64,000 nt of DNA from Ostreococcus lucimarinus (Eukaryota). The stretch lies in NCBI GenBank assembly GCA_000092065.1, contig CP000584.1. One strand, 5' to 3'. The notes under the pieces are model-generated. The model had not been told where the DNA came from. It searched no databases and saw nothing but the letters and a program-made list of their open reading frames with translations. This document shows positions 19,963-29,054 of this stretch, one piece after another (the first letter of the stretch is position 1; every line of letters begins with the position of its first letter). A program made the position numbers and the translations under genes.

Positions 19963-22900
19963 ATGCGCGCGCCGCCCGAAATCCCGCCCAAGGGACAAAA
20001 AACAATCAGCAGTTTCTTCGCGCCGAATCCGCGGCCGTGCGCGGCGTCGTCGCGACGCGCGTCGAGCGAAACCGCGACGCGCGATGCGGCATCGCGAACG
20101 AACGATGACGACGAAAACGCGCCGCCGGCGGCGAAGCGCGCGAAGACTCGCGACGCGGACGATCGCGAGGATGACGTTGAGCTCACCGACGACGCGCGCG
20201 CGGACGAGGGACGACGGCGCGAGGACGCGGACGCGGACGAGGACGACGCGCGGGCGACGCTCGAGCGACTGAAACCGTCGTCGCCGACGACGCGCGCGAA
20301 GTTTATTCAAAAGCTCTCGCTCGATCGACGACGACGAGATTTAGAGGTCGATGCGGATGGAAAGACGAAGGATGGCGCGGGCGCGTCGGAGACGGGGACG
20401 AAGATGACGCCGTTGGAACAGAGCGTGAAGACGTTCAAGGCGAAATATCCGGGGACGATGCTGATGATCGAAGTCGGGTACAAGTATCACTTTTACGGCG
20501 ATGACGCGCGGGATGCGAGCAAGGTTTTGGGAATATTCGCGTATCAGTCGAGGAACTATCTCACGGCGAGCGTGCCCGTGGTGCGGTTGAACGTGTACGT
20601 GCGACGGTTGGTCAAGGCGGGGTATCGAGTGGGGGTGGTGAAACAGACGGAGACGGCGGCGTTGAAGGCGAGCGGGGAGACGGGGAATAAATCGGGGCTG
20701 TTTGAACGGAAATTGGTTGGATTGTACACGAAAGCGACGTTAGACGCGGGAGCGGCGTTGTCGGACGCGGGCGACGACGGGGAAAAGTCGAGCATGGCGT
20801 CGGGGGTGTTGTCGAATCATTTGTTGTGCGTCGCCGAGGATCGCGTCGCGGGCGGGGCGTCGACGTCGGCGTCGACGCGCGTGGGATTGGCGGCGATTGA
20901 AACAAGCACCGGGGACGTACTGAGTGGAGAGTTCATGGACACCATGCAACGACCTGGGTTGGAGTCGCGGTTGTTGTGCATTTCACCCGCGGAGATCGTT
21001 CTCGTGGAACCAATTAGCGAACCGACGGCGCGTTTAATCAAGGCGATGTACGGTTCAGGCGCGAACGCGGCGCGCGTGGAGCGCGTGACGCGAGACGAAC
21101 TCACTGGCGTCACGCTTACCGGTACCAAGGCGGAGGAGGCGACACCCTTGGTGCACACCGCACTCTGCGCGGGCGCCAAGTATCTGAGAGAATTCGGACA
21201 AGCTGATATTCTTCATCTCGACGCCGCGTTTCGCCCGCTCGAGGGCGCGGACGAAATGAAACTCTCGCCGAATGTTTTGCGTCAACTCGAGGTTTTGACG
21301 TCTTCCGCGGGAACGTACAAGGGAAGCTTACTTTGGTTGATGAATCACACCGTCACACCCATGGGTGGTCGCTTGCTGCGTCACTGGGTGAGTCATCCAC
21401 TGCGTTCAAAGTCCGCCATCGAAGGCCGACTGGACGCCGTCGACGCGCTGCGCGAGTTGACGTCGTTTGAGGAAGGATCGATGATGGACCACGACAAAGT
21501 GAGTCACAACACGTTCAACGGATTGAAGATTCAACTAAAACAGCTCCCAGATCTCGAACGAAGTCTCGCGCGCGTGTTTCACGGCACGGCAACGCCCGGT
21601 GAGTTCGTCGGGGCTTTGACGTCGCTCGCAAAATTCAGCGAGTCGTGCGCAGCGATGCGCGCGAGCGTCTCTGGGGAGATCAAGTCGACGTTGCTGGAAG
21701 CGCAAATCGAAGCCGTCACCGATCCTCTTCTTCACGCGTTAGCAGACCAGTTTTTGAACGCGCTGAATCTGGAGATTGCGTGCGTGGACAAGCCTTCGAA
21801 GACGAAGATTGGACTCTTCAAGGACGACGCGGAAAGCTTTCCGGATTTGCACGCCGCCACTGCGGCGGTGGAGGAGGCGAAGCGCGCGATGGACGATTTA
21901 CTCCCGGAACTGCGCCGTAAGCTCGGCATGCCGCGTCTTGGTTACACCACCGTAGGCGGTGTTGGCGGCGGCGAGTGGCTCATCGAAGTCCCCATGGATC
22001 GCTCGTGTCCGACGACGTGGATCAAGGTGAGTTCGAACAAGAGCAAAAAGGTTGTACGCTACCACCCGCCGGAAGTCACGGAAGCGGCGGCGGCGTTAGA
22101 ATGCGCGAATGAACGACACATGTTTGCCGCCGATGCGGCATGGAAAGAATTTCTGTCGTCGTTTCGAGACAACTACGCCGCTTTTCGATCGGCGACGTCG
22201 GCTGTGGCGACGTTGGACGCGTTGCACGCGTTGGCGATTCTGTCAAGAAACGAAGGATACGTCCGACCAGAATTGCTCGACGATTCCGCGCCACCATCTC
22301 TGCACGTTGTCGATGGTAGGCATCCAGTGCTCGACGCGCACCTTTTGGATGACTTTGTGCCAAACAGTATCGACCTCCACGGCGACCGTACGCGCGCTCT
22401 CGTGATCACCGGACCAAACATGGGTGGGAAGAGTTGCTACATTCGTCAAGTGGCGTTGTTGAGCGTGATGGCGCAGGTCGGGAGTTTTGTTCCAGCAAAA
22501 CAGGCCCGCCTCACAGTGCTCGATGCAATCTACACGCGCATGGGAGCGAGCGACAATCTCGCCATGGGTTCATCGACTTTCCTCGAGGAAATGTCCGAGG
22601 CGTCAAACATTTTAGAAATGTGCACGCCGAGATCGCTCGTCATCATGGACGAACTCGGTCGAGGGACGTCGACGCACGACGGCGTCGCCATCGCGGCCGC
22701 CACGCTCGAACACCTCGTTCGAGATGCAAAGTGTTTCACGCTATTCGTGACGCACTACCCATCGGTCGCGCGCGACGTGCAAGCCAAGTACCCGACGCAC
22801 TGCGCGTCGTGCTTCACGTCGTACGTCGAACTTGAAGGTTCGTCGGAGGAAATGCCGCGAATTCAATTCCTGTACAAGCTCACCCCGGGCGTCGCCCATC

Positions 22901-23154
22901 GCTCGTTCGGTTTAAACGTGGCTCGCATGGCGTGCTTACCGCCCGCGGTGATTCAATCCGCCGGCGTCAAGGCTTCCGAATTAGAAATCACCACCGCTCG
23001 TCGAGCGCTCGCTCGTCGAGCGTTCAACCGCGAAACCGCCGACGCGTGCGCCTCGGCGACGTCCTCCGTCCTCGCCGCCATCGCCTCGGGCGATCACGCC
23101 ACCATGATCGCCGCGCGTGCGGCCGCCACCGCCGTCCCCGACGCTCGCGTCTGA
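19963..23154 (+). CDS. MSH3: DNA mismatch repair protein MutS homolog 3 (MSH3)
   Basis: The N-terminal PIP box QKTISSFF is present. The MSH3-type mismatch-binding domain matches (TPLEQSVKTFKAKYPGTMLMIEVGYKYHFYGDDA...TASVPVVRLNVYVRRLVKAGYRVGVVKQTETAALKA). Walker A is ITGPNMGGKSCYIRQVALL and Walker B is LVIMDELGRGTSTHDG. Confidence 0.9.
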   Translation: MRAPPEIPPKGQKTISSFFAPNPRPCAASSRRASSETATRDAASRTNDDDENAPPAAKRAKTRDADDREDDVELTDDARADEGRRREDADADEDDARATLERLKPSSPTTRAKFIQKLSLDRRRRDLEVDADGKTKDGAGASETGTKMTPLEQSVKTFKAKYPGTMLMIEVGYKYHFYGDDARDASKVLGIFAYQSRNYLTASVPVVRLNVYVRRLVKAGYRVGVVKQTETAALKASGETGNKSGLFERKLVGLYTKATLDAGAALSDAGDDGEKSSMASGVLSNHLLCVAEDRVAGGASTSASTRVGLAAIETSTGDVLSGEFMDTMQRPGLESRLLCISPAEIVLVEPISEPTARLIKAMYGSGANAARVERVTRDELTGVTLTGTKAEEATPLVHTALCAGAKYLREFGQADILHLDAAFRPLEGADEMKLSPNVLRQLEVLTSSAGTYKGSLLWLMNHTVTPMGGRLLRHWVSHPLRSKSAIEGRLDAVDALRELTSFEEGSMMDHDKVSHNTFNGLKIQLKQLPDLERSLARVFHGTATPGEFVGALTSLAKFSESCAAMRASVSGEIKSTLLEAQIEAVTDPLLHALADQFLNALNLEIACVDKPSKTKIGLFKDDAESFPDLHAATAAVEEAKRAMDDLLPELRRKLGMPRLGYTTVGGVGGGEWLIEVPMDRSCPTTWIKVSSNKSKKVVRYHPPEVTEAAAALECANERHMFAADAAWKEFLSSFRDNYAAFRSATSAVATLDALHALAILSRNEGYVRPELLDDSAPPSLHVVDGRHPVLDAHLLDDFVPNSIDLHGDRTRALVITGPNMGGKSCYIRQVALLSVMAQVGSFVPAKQARLTVLDAIYTRMGASDNLAMGSSTFLEEMSEASNILEMCTPRSLVIMDELGRGTSTHDGVAIAAATLEHLVRDAKCFTLFVTHYPSVARDVQAKYPTHCASCFTSYVELEGSSEEMPRIQFLYKLTPGVAHRSFGLNVARMACLPPAVIQSAGVKASELEITTARRALARRAFNRETADACASATSSVLAAIASGDHATMIAARAAATAVPDARV

Positions 23155-23292
23155 GCGCTCGCGTCTCCTTTCCTCTTCGCGCGTTCGTCGTCTTCGTCCC
23201 GTCGTCGTTGTCAGTGTCAACGAAAAGCGCGCGAACCGCCGCCGCGCGCGCGTCGTCCACACTCGCGCGCGCTCGCCCCCGCGCTTCCCGCG

Positions 23293-24297
23293 ATGGGCGC
23301 CGACGACGACGCGCGCGCCGCCGCCGTCGCCGGCGACGTCCGCGCGTTCCTCGCGCTCGTCGAGCGCGGCGCCGACCCGACGACTCGGGACGAAAACGGC
23401 GCGCACTGCCTGCACCACGCGGCGGCGGCGAACTGCGCGGCGATCGTCGATCATCTGCTCAGCGCGGGCGTGCGATGGAACGACGTCGATGACGACGGTG
23501 ACTGCGCGGGACAGTACGCGAGCGGACACGGACACGCGGAACTGGCGCGAGCGATGATGGACCACGCGACGGCGAGCGAGGTGCGGGACGGCGAGGCGTC
23601 GATGTCGGCGACGAAGGGCGCGAGCCGAAGGAACGAAGAGAGCGAGAAATATTTAGCGACAAAGGTGAGGTATAGCGGTGATGATAAATTGTTGGACGAG
23701 CGCGGAGACGCGGTGATGATGAGCTGGGAGGCGCCGTTGATGGAGGCGCACGCGGACGCGCTGTGCGAGACGAACGGCGACGTTATGAACGTCGGTTTCG
23801 GCTTAGGGATCATCGATGGATGCATTCAGGCTCGAGAGCCGAGGAGTCACACGATCGTGGAGGCGCATCCGGACGTGCGGGCGCACATGACGCGCGCGGG
23901 ATGGGATTCGAAGGCGGGCGTGCGCGTGGAGTTTGGACGGTGGCAAGACGTGCTGCCGAGACTCGTGGAGGAAGGTCGAAAGTTTGACGCGATTTATTTC
24001 GACACGTACGGGGAAGAGTACGACGACATGCGTCGGTTTCACGCCTTTTTGCCCAAACTTTTGCGCGAGGGCGGGCTGTACAGCTACTTCAACGGCATGT
24101 GTCCCGACAACATTTTCTTTCACATGGTGTACAATCGCGTCGCCGAGGTCGAGCTCGGAGCTTTGGGTCTCAAGGTGACGTTTGAGATGAAATCCATCGA
24201 CACCGCGGATGCGAAGATTTGGGAGGGCGTCACCCGTCGATATTGGTGGGGCGACAAGTACTTCTTACCCAAGTGCGTGTTCCGAGGCAAAGTTTAG
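23293..24297 (+). CDS. RMT2-like protein arginine N-methyltransferase: ankyrin repeats plus a guanidinoacetate-N-methyltransferase-like domain
   Basis: There is an N-terminal ankyrin repeat (DENGAHCLHHAAAANCAAIVDHLLSAG). It is followed by a GAMT/RMT2 fold (VMNVGFGLGIID ... HTIVEAHPDV ... FDAIYFDTY ... GGLYSYFNG). Confidence 0.75.
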   Translation: MGADDDARAAAVAGDVRAFLALVERGADPTTRDENGAHCLHHAAAANCAAIVDHLLSAGVRWNDVDDDGDCAGQYASGHGHAELARAMMDHATASEVRDGEASMSATKGASRRNEESEKYLATKVRYSGDDKLLDERGDAVMMSWEAPLMEAHADALCETNGDVMNVGFGLGIIDGCIQAREPRSHTIVEAHPDVRAHMTRAGWDSKAGVRVEFGRWQDVLPRLVEEGRKFDAIYFDTYGEEYDDMRRFHAFLPKLLREGGLYSYFNGMCPDNIFFHMVYNRVAEVELGALGLKVTFEMKSIDTADAKIWEGVTRRYWWGDKYFLPKCVFRGKV

Positions 24298-24869
24298 AGC
24301 GACGTCGACGCGCGCGTCTCCGCGTAGACGGTATAAAGTTACAATCAGCTTACAAGCTCACAAGCGCGGATGCATTCTCTGACTCGCGACTCGCGACGTC
24401 TTCGTCCTCGGCGAGCTCAAAAACTCGACCGCTTCCTTGACGCTCTTCAAATCGAACGCGTCGCGCGCGTTCGTCTCGTCGCGCGCTCTCGCCTTGGCCG
24501 CGACTCGCAACAGTTTTTCGAGCGTCGTCTCGTCGATCCGCGCGCGCGTCTCGCGTCGAAACGCGCGCGCCTCGCGCGGTCGCGCCGCGCTCGCTCGATC
24601 GTTTTCGTTCGTCCTCGTCTTCCCGCTCGCGAACGCGCCGTCTCGCGTCGTCGTCCTCCGCGCGTCGCGCGTCGCCACGCTCCTCGCGCTGTCCACCACG
24701 TCCCTCGCCGCCGCGCGCGACGCCCGCGGAATCTCCAGCGCCGTCGGCGCGTCGCGCGTCGCCGCGACCCGTCTCGGCGGTCCGAGCGGCGATCCGCGCG
24801 CGCGTCCGCGCGTCGTCGTCGTCGCCGTCGCCGTCGCGTCGCGTCGCGCGTTCCGCGGGGTCGTCGACA

Positions 24870-24870
<1 letters not shown>

Positions 24871-24906
<36 letters not shown>
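24871..24906. repeat. (GCC)n microsatellite, about 12 units
   Basis: A perfect trinucleotide run in the intergenic/presequence region upstream of the signal peptidase gene. Confidence 0.8.
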
Positions 24907-25050
24907 GCGCGCGCGCGCGATCGCCGCCGTCGCCTCCGCGCGAAGCGCGTCGCCGTCCATCGCGCGTCGCGGCGTCGCGGCGTCGACGAGTGCGGCGTCC
25001 GTCGATGCGATGCGACGCGTCACTTCGACGCGCCGTCGACGCTCGCCGCG

Positions 25051-25977
25051 ATGCCGCCGACGCTCGCGCGGTCGACCGCGGCGCCGACGCGCGTCGTCGC
25101 GTCGTCGCGCGCCTCCGCGCGCGTCCGAGCGCGTCGCGTCGTCGCGTCGTCGCGCGCGCGGGACGACGGCGCGAGGTTCGCGACGACGCCGACGACGGCG
25201 TCGCGGCGCGCGTGGACGCGCGCGATCGAGACGCGCGCGCGAGGAGACGCGCGGGCGGCGCACGTCGCGCGCGCGCAGACGCCGAGCGCGGAGACGAAGA
25301 CGGAGGGACGCGGGCCGGGGGGCGCGGGACGCGGCGGCGGCGGGTCGAGCGACGGCGACGGCGACGACGAGTACGTCGTCGACGTCGACTACCCGGAGTG
25401 GGTGCCGGAGTTTTTGAGGTTTAATCGAGAGGATATAGCGACGGTGTTGATCACGTTCGCGGTGTCGCTGGGATTCAGACACTTTGTGGCGGAGCCGAGG
25501 TACATTCCGTCGCTGTCGATGTATCCGGTGTTCGACGTCGGCGATAGGTTGATCGCGGAGAAGCTGACGTATCGGTTCAATCGCGAGCCCATGGCGGGAG
25601 ACGTGGTGATCTTTAATCCACCGAAGACGCCGAAAACGATGAAGGTGAGCAATGAGGTGTTTATTAAGCGCGTCGTGGCGGTGGCGGGCGATACGGTGCA
25701 GGTCAAGCGCGGCGAGCTCTTCGTCAACGGCGTCTCGAGAGGGAAAGAGTTAAAGCTCGAGCCGATCAAGTATCAGTACGGCCCGTTCACCGTGCCCGAG
25801 GGCGACGTGTTCGTGATGGGCGATAACAGAAACAATTCTTTCGACTCCCACGTCTGGGGACCGCTGCCGAAAAATCGCATCATCGGCCGCGCCACGGCCA
25901 AGTATTGGCCGCCGAACAAAATCGGCGGATTACCGTCCTACGCCGCCGCCTCCGTGGGCGCTCCCGAACTGAAATAA
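25051..25977 (+). CDS. Type I signal peptidase (LepB / thylakoidal processing peptidase-like) with a Ser/Thr/Arg-rich presequence
   Basis: The ATG at 25051 gives MPPTLARSTAAPTR. The catalytic Ser box is SMYPVF and the Lys box is KRVVAVAGD. Boxes D/E are present (GDNRNNSFDSHVWGPLP). The upstream 680 nt of the track ORF is an Arg-run and was rejected. Confidence 0.8.
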   Translation: MPPTLARSTAAPTRVVASSRASARVRARRVVASSRARDDGARFATTPTTASRRAWTRAIETRARGDARAAHVARAQTPSAETKTEGRGPGGAGRGGGGSSDGDGDDEYVVDVDYPEWVPEFLRFNREDIATVLITFAVSLGFRHFVAEPRYIPSLSMYPVFDVGDRLIAEKLTYRFNREPMAGDVVIFNPPKTPKTMKVSNEVFIKRVVAVAGDTVQVKRGELFVNGVSRGKELKLEPIKYQYGPFTVPEGDVFVMGDNRNNSFDSHVWGPLPKNRIIGRATAKYWPPNKIGGLPSYAAASVGAPELK

Positions 25978-26095
25978 CCAACCGCACCGTTGAGCCACCG
26001 CGATTCGCGCGCTCGAGCGCGGACCCGCGCGTCGTCCGCGCGTCCCGCGAGCGCGTCGCTCGTCGCGTCGCACTCGTCGCCTCGCGTCGACGACG

Positions 26096-26587
26096 ATGAC
26101 CGCCATCGCTCGCGTCCACGCCCGCGCCGTCGCGCCCGCGCGCCGCGCGCGCGCGAGACCGCACCGCGCGTCGATCGCGCGCGTCGCGTCCGCGCGTCAG
26201 TGCGCCCGCGTCGCGACGCGCGCGAACGCATCGACCGATGACGTCGAGACGACGTCGACGAGCGCGGCGACGACGCCGGACGACGACGTGCCGATCTGGG
26301 AGCGCCGCGAGCTCGAGCGCAAGGCGGCGGACGCGAAGGGCGGACTTCCGTGGCCGGCGTACCTGCTGCTGAGCGTGATCGTGCTGATCGCGGCGACGGG
26401 GTCGATGTTCGAGTACGCGTATAAAAATCCAATCTTCGGCGTCGTCGGCGCGGATTCGGGGCTGTACGCGCCGATTTTGGGATGGTTCGTGTTCACGGGG
26501 TTCCCGCTGGCGGGATTCTTTTGGAAGAAAGGGATCGATGGGGCGAACGAGGCGAGCGAGGCGCAGGATAAGATGGATGGGTACTGA
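26096..26587 (+). CDS. Small hypothetical membrane protein with two predicted TM helices and an Arg/Ala-rich presequence, possibly plastid-targeted
   Basis: The ATG is at 26096. A Thr/Ala/Arg-rich leader of about 60 aa precedes two hydrophobic helices (WPAYLLLSVIVLIAATGSMF and ILGWFVFTGFPLAGFFW) and an acidic tail. Coding-like GC3 is consistent with neighbouring genes. It is not in the same frame as the neighbouring Arg-run ORFs. Confidence 0.45.
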   Translation: MTAIARVHARAVAPARRARARPHRASIARVASARQCARVATRANASTDDVETTSTSAATTPDDDVPIWERRELERKAADAKGGLPWPAYLLLSVIVLIAATGSMFEYAYKNPIFGVVGADSGLYAPILGWFVFTGFPLAGFFWKKGIDGANEASEAQDKMDGY

Positions 26588-26719
26588 GCGCGCGCGTCGC
26601 GACGCGCGCGGTTTGGGTTTGGATAACGTCGAACAGAGACGCGTCGTTTTAATCCTAGTCACGAAAGCCTTAGAATTATTAAAATCTCTACCCGTTCGCT
26701 CGCGCGCCGCGAACCGAAA

Positions 26720-28090
26720 TCATCTCTTTTTACCCGCCATCACGAGCGCGGTCGTGGAGATGATGCAAATCGTCGCCAAGACTTTTTGGGCGTCGTCGAC
26801 GAGAGGATCGCCGGCGTGTCTGTTGACGCCGAGCGACTCGCGAACGTTTTCGAGATTCCAGGCGTACAAAAAGTAGCCGAAACACAACAACCACAGGACG
26901 ATTCTGGTCGCCATGGGAATGGAGTCGTCCTCTATTTGCTCCTTGCGCATGCGTTCGGTTTCCTTGGCGATGATTTCGTCGCACGCCTCCTCGAGAGCCT
27001 CGATGCGCGCCATGGTCTCCTCGCCGTTCGGATCGCTCTTCGGGTCCACCTTGTGCACGAGTTCGTTGGCGAAGTGCTTGAAGCCGCTCGCTAACTCGAG
27101 CATGTTGTTGCACTTGAGCATGATGCGCGCGCTCAGGCCTCGGCGAATCTTGACCACGCCCTTGAAGACGTTTTCGTTGCCGTAGCACTCGGCCAACGTC
27201 GCGATGGCCATCACCTGAGGAATGGCGCAGAACCGGAAGATGGAGATCTCCTTGACTCGGCTCATGTACTTTAAGCAATCCAACGAGTGCGACAGGGCGT
27301 TGGTGATCAATTCGTTCATGCACTGCACCGCCTTTTCGCGGTTTTCCTCGTGTTGCAAATCGTCGAGCTCTTCGGCGTACTTGCTCCACACGCTCCTAGG
27401 CCAGAACATTCGCGGCGCGGGAAGCTCCTGAATGTCTTCCAAGTAATCGCGAATGATGTTCGTCTTCTGTAAAAACAATCCCATGGCGTTCGAGAGCTTT
27501 TCCTCGCCCACAAACTCCGCGCTCTCCATCTTCGACACCCCCCACAAGTTGGACAGACCGATGCCGACCAAGCCCGCGACGTAGTGGCAATACTCGTCGA
27601 AATCCGCCATGTCCATCACCTCCTTCTCGATAAACTTCGCCATCCCGTGCCCCATTCGCTTGGTGATGTCCGCGATCACCGTTCGATACTCCTTCTTCAA
27701 TCCCAAGAACACCGACGTCACGCGCGGATAATTCTTCATCAAATCCTTGTAGTGCTTCTCCCCGCAATCCGCGCTATAATTCGCGTCGTAAATGTACTCG
27801 TGAAACGCGAGCAGATCCGGCACCTTCCTCTCGATCGGTATGCTCATGTCGTCCTCCACCGTGTCCAGCGCTCGAAGCACGAGATAAAACACGCACACCG
27901 CGTCTCGCAGCTCCGCGTCCAGCCGCTGAATCACGATCGCGAACGATCTCGACACCTTATTCAGCACGTCGTAGCAGTACGCCAGATCCGGATCCTTCGG
28001 CAATCTCTTCGCCGCGTTCGCCATCATCTTCACCCGCACCAGCGGCGCGACGTCCCCCGGGTGCGACAGCACCGCCCGAAGCGCCCCCAT
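26720..28090 (-). CDS. SQS: Squalene synthase (farnesyl-diphosphate farnesyltransferase)
   Basis: Near-colinear with animal and plant SQS. Matching segments include YCYDVLNKVSRSFAIVIQRL, AVCVFYLVLRALDTVEDDMSI, YCHYVAGLVGIGLS, GLFLQKTNIIRDYLED and AIPQVMAIATLA. There is a C-terminal TM anchor, and the ATG is confirmed (cat at 28088-28090). Confidence 0.9.
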   Translation of the reverse strand: MGALRAVLSHPGDVAPLVRVKMMANAAKRLPKDPDLAYCYDVLNKVSRSFAIVIQRLDAELRDAVCVFYLVLRALDTVEDDMSIPIERKVPDLLAFHEYIYDANYSADCGEKHYKDLMKNYPRVTSVFLGLKKEYRTVIADITKRMGHGMAKFIEKEVMDMADFDEYCHYVAGLVGIGLSNLWGVSKMESAEFVGEEKLSNAMGLFLQKTNIIRDYLEDIQELPAPRMFWPRSVWSKYAEELDDLQHEENREKAVQCMNELITNALSHSLDCLKYMSRVKEISIFRFCAIPQVMAIATLAECYGNENVFKGVVKIRRGLSARIMLKCNNMLELASGFKHFANELVHKVDPKSDPNGEETMARIEALEEACDEIIAKETERMRKEQIEDDSIPMATRIVLWLLCFGYFLYAWNLENVRESLGVNRHAGDPLVDDAQKVLATICIISTTALVMAGKKR

Positions 28091-28400
28091 CCGTCGCGTC
28101 GCGCGTCTCGCGACCGAATCCGCGACCGGGTCGTCGGACGATCGATCCGCGTTCGAATCGTTCGTCGCGACGCGCGCGATCGATCGCGTCGACTCGACGC
28201 CGGACGACCCGTCGACGTCTGCCGCGCGTCCCGCCGGCGCCGGATCGACGACGCGCGACCGCGCGTGCGCGTTCGCGGGCTTCTATGTAGACACTTACCT
28301 CGCGATACTACGTCATACTGCATCGTACTGCGCACCCTGAAATATCTATGAAACCCGAAAGTTGCGACCACGCGCCTTATCCGCCGCCCGGATCGCGCGG

Positions 28401-28430
28401 CATTTTTATCCGGCGCGCGCGATAAAAATG
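28401..28430. promoter_or_regulatory. A 10-bp perfect inverted repeat with a 10-bp GC spacer, carrying GATAA motifs, in the divergent SQS/ChlH intergenic region
   Basis: The sequence is CATTTTTATC cggcgcgcgc GATAAAAATG. It lies in the only AT-rich patch of the roughly 960-bp bidirectional promoter region, about 630 bp upstream of the ChlH ATG. Confidence 0.3.
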
Positions 28431-29054
28431 ACGTCGACGCCATCTCATGGGCTTAATCGCACGCTGAATGCGAACGCGCGACGCGCGCGACGCGCGCTCG
28501 TCGTCGATCGCGCGAACGGGACGATCGCGTCGACGAACGGCGCGGCACACACGCGCGCGAGCACGCGCGATCGACGACGAGCGCTCGCGCACGGATCGTC
28601 GAGTCGAGTCCGAGCGCGCGCGCGATCTCGCGAGTCGCGGGCGCGCGAACCGGGACGATGGCGATGCGCGCCAGCGTCAGCGCGCGCGCGGCGATCGCGA
28701 CGACGACGGTGCGCGCGCGACGCGACGCGCGATGGACGCGCGAGAAAACGCGCGGGGACGCGGAAAGCGCGCGCGAGGGTTCGGATGGGATCGGCGCGCG
28801 CGATCGGGCGCGCGCGACGCGGGCGAAGAGGGACGGGGGGGGGTCGGGATCGCGGCGCGCGCGCTCTTATCTACAACCCCGCGCGGAGGCGCGCGAACCG
28901 GGACGGGCGAGGGACGCGCGAGGGATGATGGCGAGGGATGATGGCGAGGAGCGATGGCGAGGGAGACGAACGCGCGAGCGATGGGCGCGGCGAGCGACGA
29001 GGAGGCGCGAGGCGGGACGACTGACGACGCGGGGGTTTTCGAAACGCGCAGGCG

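Noticed and set aside
24358-25482. 374-aa minus-strand ORF, and 24370-25050 as the upstream part of the + ORF
   Set aside because: Both consist almost entirely of RRRR/ARAR runs across a (GCC)n-rich intergenic region. The real gene on the + strand starts at the internal Met of the signal peptidase presequence.
25880-26662. 260-aa minus-strand ORF overlapping the small two-TM protein gene
   Set aside because: It is Arg-run-like and antisense to an ORF that has coherent hydrophobic helices.
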